The notes under the pieces were generated by a model, which saw only the letters and a program-made list of their open reading frames with translations, searched no databases and was not told the DNA's origin. 64,000 nucleotides of DNA from Eledone cirrhosa (taxonomy: Eukaryota). Positions 55,080-64,000 of this stretch are shown here, piece after piece (position 1 is the first letter of the stretch; each line of letters begins with the position of its first letter). The stretch covers positions 69,750,001 to 69,814,000 of the forward strand of contig OZ024742.1 in the NCBI GenBank assembly GCA_964016885.1, written 5' to 3'. The translations under genes were made by a program, and so were the position numbers.

Positions 55080-57572
55080 ATAAATGCTCTGAAATAGCGA
55101 TATATATGTGAATATAGACATAGAATATTCGAAAATATTCTGTATGTTTATAATAAACATTTTGAAGACCTAATCGCTATAGAATAGAATACGTCACGTA
55201 TTACAATTAGATTCTCGATAAAAGCAAGGGAAGTAATCTACGCGTTTCATTCTTGTTAGAAATCTTCAGGACTACATATCCAGTGCTTTTATCGAGAATG
55301 ACACAGCTAGAGACTTATAGAATACTTAGCTGTGTACAGGAACTGGTTTGAAAGAGCGGTTGCCGGTCCGGCAGATATTTTCGAATATTCTATGTCTATA
55401 TTCACATATATATCGCTATTTCAGAGCATTTATTCCAATTTCTAATTTCTGCCGGACCGGCAACCGCTCTTTCAAACCAGTTCCTGTACACAGCTAAGTA
55501 TTCTATAAGTCTCTAGCTGTGTCATTCTCGATAAAAGCACTGGATATGTAGTCCTGAAGATTTCTAACAAGAATGAAACGCGTAGATTACTTCCCTTGCT
55601 TTTATCGAGAATCTAATTGTAATACGTGACGTATTCTATTCTATAGCGATTAGGTCTTCAAAATGTTTATTATAAACATACAGAATATTTTCGAATATTC
55701 TATGTCTATATTCACATATATATCGCTATTTCAGAGCATTTATTCCAATTTCTAATTTCTGCCGGACCGGCAATCGCTCTTTCAAACCAGTTCCTGTACA
55801 CAGCTAAGTATTCTATAAGTCTCTAGCTGTGTCATTCTCGATAAAAGCACTGGATATGTAGTCCTGAAGATTTCTAACAAGAATGAAACGCGTAGATTAC
55901 TTCCCTTGCTTTTATCGAGAATCTAATTGTAATACGTGACGTATTCTATTCTATAGCGATTAGGTCTTCAAAATGTTTATTATAAACATACAGAATATTT
56001 TCGAATATTCTATGTCTATATTCACATATATATCGCTATTTCAGAGCATTTATTCCAATTTCTAATTTCTGCCGGACCGGCAACCGCTCTTTCAAACCAG
56101 TTCCTGTACACAGCTAAGTATTCTATAAGTCTCTAGCTGTGTCATTCTCGATAAAAGCACTGGATATGTAGTCCTGAAGATTTCTAACAAGAATGAAACG
56201 CGTAGATTACTTCCCTTGCTTTTATCGAGAATCTAGTTGTAATACGTGACGTATTCTATTCTATAGCGATTAGGTCTTCAAAATGTTTATTATAAACATA
56301 CAGAATATTTTCGAATATTCTATGTCTATATTCACATATATATCGCTATTTCAGAGCATTTATTCCAATTTCTAATTTCTGCCGGACCGGCAACCGCTCT
56401 TTCAAACCAGTTCCTGTACACAGCTAAGTATTCTATAAGTCTTTAGCTGTGTCATTCACGATAAAAGCACTGGATATGTAGTCCTGAAGATTTCTAACAA
56501 GAATGAAACGCGTAGATTACTTCCCTTGCTTTTATCGAGAATCTAATTGTAATACGTGACGTATTCTATTCTATAGCGATTAGGTCTTCAAAATGTTTAT
56601 TATAAACATACAGAATATTTTCGAATATTCTATGTCTATATTCACATATATATCGCTATTTCAGAGCATTTATTCCAATTTCTAATTTCTGCCGGACCGG
56701 CAATCGCTCTTTCAAACCAGTTCCTGTACACAGCTAAGTATTCTATAAGTCTCTAGCTGTGTCATTCTCGATAAAAGCACTGGATATGTAGTCCTGAAGA
56801 TTTCTAACAAGAATGAAACGCGTAGATTACTTCCCTTGCTTTTATCGAGAATCTAATTGTAATACGTGACGTATTCTATTCTATAGCGATTAGGTCTTCA
56901 AAATGTTTATTATAAACATACAGAATATTTTCGAATATTCTATGTCTATATTCACATATATATCGCTATTTCAGAGCATTTATTCCAATTTCTAATTTCT
57001 GCCGGACCGGCAACCGCTCTTTCAAACCAGTTCCTGTACACAGCTAAGTATTCTATAAGTCTCTAGCTGTGTCATTCTCGATAAAAGCACTGGATATGTA
57101 GTCCTGAAGATTTCTAACAAGAATGAAACGCGTAGATTACTTCCCTTGCTTTTATCGAGAATCTAATTGTAATACGTGACGTATTCTATTCTATAGCGAT
57201 TAGGTCTTCAAAATGTTTATTATAAACATACAGAATATTTTCGAATATTCTATGTCTATATTCACATATATATCGCTATTTCAGAGCATTTATTCCAATT
57301 TCTAATTTCTGCCGGACCGGCAACCGCTCTTTCAAACCAGTTCCTGTACACAGCTAAGTATTCTATAAGTCTCTATCTGTGTCATTCTCGATAAAAGCAC
57401 TGGATATGTAGTCCTGAAGATTTCTAACAAGAATGAAACGCGTAGATTACTTCCCTTGCTTTTATCGAGAATCTAATTGTAATACGTGACGTATTCTATT
57501 CTATAGCGATTAAGTCTTCAAAATGTTTATTATAAACATACAGAATATTTTCGAATATTCTATGTCTATATT

Positions 57573-57580
<8 letters not shown>
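55074..57580 (+). repeat. Retrozyme-type array: inverted unit (55074-55374) followed by 7 tandem 310-bp units and a partial unit, in (TA)n
   Basis: TCGAATATTC recurs at 55381, 55691, 56001, 56311, 56621, 56931, 57241 and 57551; units differ by only a few substitutions; one HHR per unit. Confidence 0.93.
55548..55590 (+). ncRNA. Type I HHR of the 310-bp unit (also at 55858, 56168, 56478, 56788, 57098, 57408; minus copy 55233-55275)
   Basis: GTAGTC-CTGAAGA-t-TTCT aaca AGAA-t-GAA-ACGCGT-A-GATTAC; stem I extended by ATTCTCGATAAAAGCA / TGCTTTTATCGAGAAT. Confidence 0.9.
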
Positions 57581-57620
<40 letters not shown>

Positions 57621-57689
57621 ACAGGATTGGTGTAAATATCCAAAGGTTTAGAGTAGTCAATCCGTTGGACGAATTATGTATAATCAGTT

Positions 57690-57990
57690 ACAACAGTGGC
57701 AATACAGGCACTTAAGTTTCGTTGGGTTGTTTTTCCCAATTCATTCGTGTGTAATCTCGAAGAAAAGTGCACAGCGTTCTCGATTAAATGGAATATGCTG
57801 AAAGGATGCCCTCCTACATCAAAGGGGTGAAATTTCGTCAGCTGTGTCGTTGAGAAAAGTGGAATATACTCTTACAACAGTCCTCAAAGAAACGCTGCTT
57901 AAATACGCGCCACGACTGTTTCAATCTTCGTCCCTATAAAGCGAAATTTGTTCTGTGAAATGATCTAGACCGGATTAAAATTTTTGGCTT
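57690..57990 (+). mobile_element. Possible Tc1/mariner transposase N-terminal remnant
   Basis: FNLRPYKAKFV motif only; heavily decayed. Confidence 0.3.
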
Positions 57991-58277
57991 TTCAAATTAA
58001 CCCTTGACTCTTTATGAGACACGAGTTCGCTACCTTGGTTCTAGATAGAGTTAGCTCCCTTTTCATTTATATAATTTAATTTATTTGTCTAATTAAAGAA
58101 TAATTTAGAGATTACCTACGGTTGAAACTCACCTATATTTTCAAAAACCGCCCGGGATGGACGCTATTATTATTACTACAGGCTGAGTGAATTAGGAACA
58201 TCAACCTAATGAAAATTAGGTACCTGTATATGTCACTGTTGTAACAGATACACACACACGCACACTCGCACACTCGC

Positions 58278-58378
<101 letters not shown>

Positions 58379-58538
58379 CGTGCGTGTGTGTGTGTGTGTG
58401 CGAATGTGTGTCAGCCTATGAATTTTTGAGCCGACTCTCATATATATATATATATACTCTTTACATGAGTCACCCACGGTATCCAGAACATCACTCTTTA
58501 TTATATATATATATATATATATACCACTTTTCCTTCGT

Positions 58539-58569
<31 letters not shown>

Positions 58570-58836
58570 TTGTGTATAATGGTAGCTATGGTGCAAACAT
58601 ACACATATACACACACATACGCGCGCACACATACATACGCACAACCTTATATACATTTATATATATACACACTCATACACAAACATATATACATACACAC
58701 ATATATATACATACATACATATACACACACATATATATATACATATATACACATATATATACACACATGCACACACATACATATAAAATACACATACGTA
58801 CACAAAATTACATACACACATACATACACACATATA

Positions 58837-59207
58837 TATCTATCTATCTAAGGCGGGTAAAATTCCCGAGATCCATGGACGAGTTCTCTCCAGCGGTCTC
58901 TGTCCCTCATTATCGCTGCCATATCCTGCATCTCCAACAGACCAGTGTCTGTCCTTAGGGCATCAACATATGTTAACCTTGGTCTTCCTCTTCTAGTGTG
59001 TCCATGTAGGGGCTCCCAAAGGAGCACTGAGTGCAATGTCAACTCTGGATGTCGGTGAGCATGTCCAGCCAACCTCAGTCTCCTCTGTGTCACTTTTGAG
59101 CTGACTTTTGGGATGCTCCCATACAGCTCTGAGTTTTTCATCCTCAGTGTATACTGATTAATGTTCAGAGCCATCCTCAGCATTCTCGTGTAGCACCCAT
59201 CCACCAC
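58837..59207 (-). mobile_element. 3' end of an RTE-clade (RTE-X-like) LINE with a short (TAGA)n tail
   Basis: DGCYTRMLRMALNI...RRLRLAGHAHRH...VLLWEP.HG...RGRP..TYVD...RDRWR. Confidence 0.85.
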
Positions 59208-59492
59208 AAAAAAACACTACATGCATACGCACACCCACACATATACATGCATATATACATGCAGGCATATATACATTTACATGTACATACGCACACGGAC
59301 TGCTACATGCAGACACCTGCACATATGCATATTTGCTTACTCACACATGTGCTTCCCCATATACATATATAAACAAAACCGTAAATTAAAAATACATTAT
59401 ATAATAAAAAATACAATATACCATAAAATAACGGTAAAATAACATAACATAAAATATAAAATATAAAGAATAAAATATCAATATAGTATACA

Positions 59493-59624
<132 letters not shown>

Positions 59625-59658
59625 AAAGAATAGAGGTGTAACACACAAGTTATTATAT

Positions 59659-60034
59659 ATTGGTAAACGGAATAGAAAATGCTGACAAATTGTTCACAGT
59701 CGAAAAATAGTTTAATTAGGAATAAAAGAGTATTAGTAATTGTATGAGTTAGTATTCAGTTGTGGTTTTAAGTTTTTAAGTTTTTACCGGTTGCGCATTT
59801 CTAAATGCTTTTCAAAATTAATTTTGAGATAGAGTGTCCGTGTTGTTTGCTCTGATCTGGACACTGTATCTCAAAATTATTTTTGAAAAGCATTTAGAAG
59901 TGCGCAACCGGTAAAAACTTAAAAACTTAAAACCACAACTGAATACTAACCCATACAATTACTAATACTCTTTTATTCCTAATTAAACTATTTTTCAACT
60001 GTGAACAATTTGTCAGCATTTTCTATTCCGTTTA

Positions 60035-60040
<6 letters not shown>
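59659..60040. repeat. Fold-back element, about 180-bp arms with 19-nt loop, TA-flanked
   Basis: ATTGGTAAACGGAATAG...AGTGTCC / GGACACTG...CCGTTTACCAAT; no intact HHR core seen. Confidence 0.8.
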
Positions 60041-60090
<50 letters not shown>

Positions 60091-60383
60091 CACACATTCA
60101 TACATACATATACGGATATATACAAAGGATATATGATAAAATAATACAAAAAGAATAATAGTAATAAAATGCATATATGCTCCATATATAATCATCCGTA
60201 CACATTCCTGTGAGATGTACATAAACATATACATGTATACACAAATACACATACACACATGTAGAGGCCCACATATGCATACACCCGCACCCACACATAT
60301 ATATATATATATATATACATATATATACACACCTACGCACCCACATATACACACCTACTCATACGTAGCTATACGTACATACG

Positions 60384-60415
<32 letters not shown>

Positions 60416-60910
60416 CATATATATATATACATATATATATATACATATATACACACACACTCTGCCACATACTTACATACATGCACATGTCTGCACATAC
60501 ACGCGCTCATAAGCTCATGCATATACGTACCCATGCCCATATACACACCCCCATACATACCCACGTATATATATATATACATACACACACATATACATAT
60601 ACCTACGCACAGGTCCACACATAAAAACACTCGAATATAAACACAATTTTAATAAAATAAAATAAAATAAATAAATAAATTTACAATATTTTAGGATACA
60701 CTAAAATCTTTATGTAACTTCATAAATAGCTACATGAAAAAAGGGGTAAAATAAAAAACGGGTGCGGGTACAGGAGAAGGTGCGTGTATCCATGTGATAT
60801 ACTACACACAGGTAGTATGAGGGGCAAACTTGTGTCCGTATATAGAACAGGTAACAGTAACAGAACAATTATAGAACAATAATGACAGTAATAATCATTG
60901 TTCCAAAGTG

Positions 60911-61234
<324 letters not shown>

Positions 61235-61237
<3 letters not shown>

Positions 61238-61457
61238 ACAAGGTTGTTTGTAGAAGAGCAGCAGTCGCCCATACATACCAGTCTTCCCTCTCCTCACCAC
61301 CAAAGGAAAGAGCCAATGGCCGATACAGCTTGGCACCAGGTGAGTAAATTGGAGCAACATGTCTTGCTCAAGAACACAATGCATCTCACGGTCCGAGAAT
61401 CGAAATCACAACCTCCTAATTGCTAGCCGAATTCTCTAACCAATGAGCCACGCGCCT
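61235..61457 (-). mobile_element. Second tRNA-derived SINE family
   Basis: Minus strand GGCGCGTGGCTCATTGGTTAGAG (A box) ... GATTTCGATTCTC (B box) ... TGTGTTCTTGAGCAAGACA. Confidence 0.7.
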
Positions 61458-61478
61458 TCACACACGCGCGCGCGCGCG

Positions 61479-61524
<46 letters not shown>

Positions 61525-61525
<1 letters not shown>

Positions 61526-61785
61526 GAATGTATGTATAGTATATTTGGTAATATACTGTATGTTTAATTAAAAACATTTTGAAGACCTTGCGCTATTATT
61601 TTAAAGTAGTGACTATGTCACTTACTTCTTTTTTCAGCAAAAGAAGGGAAATAAGCCGACAGATCTGTTTCACACTGTTGGTGTTCCTCAGAGCCTAGTA
61701 CTCGCCGACCTCTGCCGAAAATTATAGAGTCTGGATTCTTATAGAATTCCAGTAATAATCAGGAACTGATTATACAGAGCTAGTG
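61525..61785 (-). mobile_element. Diverged copy of the 317-bp retrozyme-like family; HHR at 61652-61697
   Basis: Collinear with 7443-7684; TAGGCT-CTGAGGA-ACAC caaca GTGT-GAA-ACAGATCTGT-C-GGCTTA; another fragment at about 46740-46840. Confidence 0.8.
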
Positions 61786-62637
61786 AAAATATATAATATT
61801 TTCTAAAATATACGATGACTGATCACTCTGATTTGCATATTACTAGACTGACTGATCAATCAAATCTACATATTAGCAGATCCAGTGATCAGCCAGATTT
61901 GCATATCAGCAGACTGACCAGTCAGTTTCCTGCATACGAACAATTAATGGACGACGAGAAAACTATATATTCTCGGCTGCTTTCAAGTCCAGCAGTCGCA
62001 GAGCAGTGGGAGGGATCGTCATTGACGATGACCAGCCAAGCCTGAAATGCATAACGGTTGTCTCCCTTGCTTCTGCTGGACAACACCAGAGGGCGTTAGC
62101 ACCCCGGTGTTCACATAGCTACGGCTTCCTAAAATTGTATTTCTTTCGAAATACGAAATTTCTATCTATATATATATATATACTTAGACAGAGAGATTAC
62201 GGAAGTCACCGACTTTATTTTAGTGACCCCCTGCCATAGCTCAAACGCTCCATGCAATAACAAGTGGGCACCTTAAAGAAGGTCGTTGCATTGCCGAGCG
62301 AACACAATTATTTAGTCTGTTTTATGGAGGTTATCAGGTACTGGTTACACTGATCTATCTCTTGTACAAAATTTGTTTTATCGCAATCATCCGTCTATAA
62401 CAGTTATTATAAGTGATATATGCAGAGAACCATTAGAATCGGTAAATGTTACGTAATCTGGCTTAATTGCGACTCATGAGCAGGATGTCCGACAATAACG
62501 TATCGTTCTCTAGTGTGTAGCCGATGAACGAGTTCACTAGTTTGCCAATTCTAGCAGTTCACGCTCGTGCTATCGCGTGACCTCCAAAATTGTGGCAGAC
62601 AGTCGTGGAAAGCACACCCTGACTGGTTGGTTGAATT

Positions 62638-62677
<40 letters not shown>

Positions 62678-62839
62678 CAGAGCATTGGCTCAAGGTCCAC
62701 CGTGCTTTTGCCTTTGCACACGGTACAAAATTACTTTATCATACATTTGCTCTCATTCTGGGGCATTTGGAGTGTTTCCATTTATTAATATTATTGATAT
62801 TATATTCCAGAAGAAATTCTGTTGAGTGCTTCTAATCTG

Positions 62840-62902
<63 letters not shown>

Positions 62903-63220
62903 TCAAGATAAACAAGAGAAACACAGAGATGCAAGAGTCCTATTAGTTTCACGCTTGGTGGAAAAGAAAAATACATATTTCAACGTATAACCTCCCTAAA
63001 GTTATCACCACACCAAAAACAATTCTTCGTGATTGAAAACATTTCCCTTCAAAAATATTTTATTATATTAATATCATCTACTTTTTATTTATATATTTGC
63101 CTTTGCATTTTCAATAGAACTTTCAATAATCTTAAGCTATTTCTATTTATTTTTTCTTTCGTTCTTGTATTTATTTACAAAACCTGAAAATACACACACA
63201 CACACACACACGCACGCACG

Positions 63221-63290
<70 letters not shown>

Positions 63291-63525
63291 TACACAAACC
63301 ACAGAACTACAAAATGCCATCCAGGACTTTATTCTGAGTACAAAGGGGACTGTCTTTTTAAATCAATAGAATATTCTAGTAAGTCAATCGAATGCTAACC
63401 TGTTGAACCTATTTCCACCCTCAACATCCCACCTTCATAAAGAATATACATAGGAAGATATTTTAAGAGAAATTCGCATATGTTCTAACTGACCACAGAA
63501 TATGAGAACAAACTTTTTTCATATT

Positions 63526-64000
63526 TCATAACATTGATACACCAATCGAAATTCGTAATATTTTATAAAACTTCGTGAAAAGAATGAACGGGATACGTGA
63601 CAGCACGGACTCATGGCGGAGTCGGACTCCCACATTGAATGGTTTCAATTTAGTATTATTTATCCGAACATAAAGATTAGGGTATTCGTAAACAGACATC
63701 AAGACATCAAGAAGCTGACCATCGATCCTATACTCCTGCACAATCTTCCACAGCAGATCCCGTGGAACTCGGTCATATGCCTTTTTGAGGTCTACAAAGC
63801 AAGAATATACCACTTGGCAACATCCCATGATTTCTCAAAGACCTGCCACAGTGTGAATATGTGGTTGGCTGTGCTGCATCTGGGGCGAAAAAAGTCACTG
63901 TTCATCAGCTAGCTTGGACTCGACACTCTCCCTACATTGCTTCACCAGACACTTAGCATAGACTTTACCGGGAAGACTTAACAAGGAGATCCCTCCATAA
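63526..64000 (-). mobile_element. RTE-clade LINE reverse transcriptase fragment, decayed
   Basis: CFVDLKKAYDRVPRDLLWKIVQEY...PFNVGVRLRHESVLS. Confidence 0.8.

Noticed and set aside
55381-57580. CRISPR array or ordinary satellite
   Set aside because: Units repeat in full with no unique spacers, there are no cas genes, the context is eukaryotic, and each unit holds an HHR.

Overview
Repeat-dominated animal genomic DNA. It is probably from an octopod cephalopod; this rests on my recognition of the tRNA-derived SINEs and is not database-checked. Four things stand out. (1) 17.2-43.6 kb is a head-to-tail pile of eight Tx1-type (L1-group) non-LTR retrotransposon copies from about four diverged families. 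All are on the minus strand, nearly all are separated by (GATA)n, and one copy (31.0-36.8 kb) has intact ORF1 and ORF2. This points to a GATA/TATC-microsatellite-targeting lineage. (2) Penelope-like elements (PLEs) and many small non-coding fold-back inserts sit in (TA)n tracts. Together they carry about 30 type I hammerhead ribozyme (HHR) motifs from roughly ten sequence families, most with a palindromic or near-palindromic stem III. (3) A 7 x 310-bp tandem array at 55.4-57.6 kb has one HHR per unit and an inverted head copy, the architecture of a retrozyme. (4) The only convincing host gene is a gustatory-receptor-like 7TM gene on the minus strand (exons 52829-51747 and 49008-48937); I did not find its last exons. 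SINEs, a hAT MITE, RTE fragments and microsatellites fill the rest. Most short ORFs in the track are microsatellite or antisense artefacts. All motif and structure calls were made by eye.
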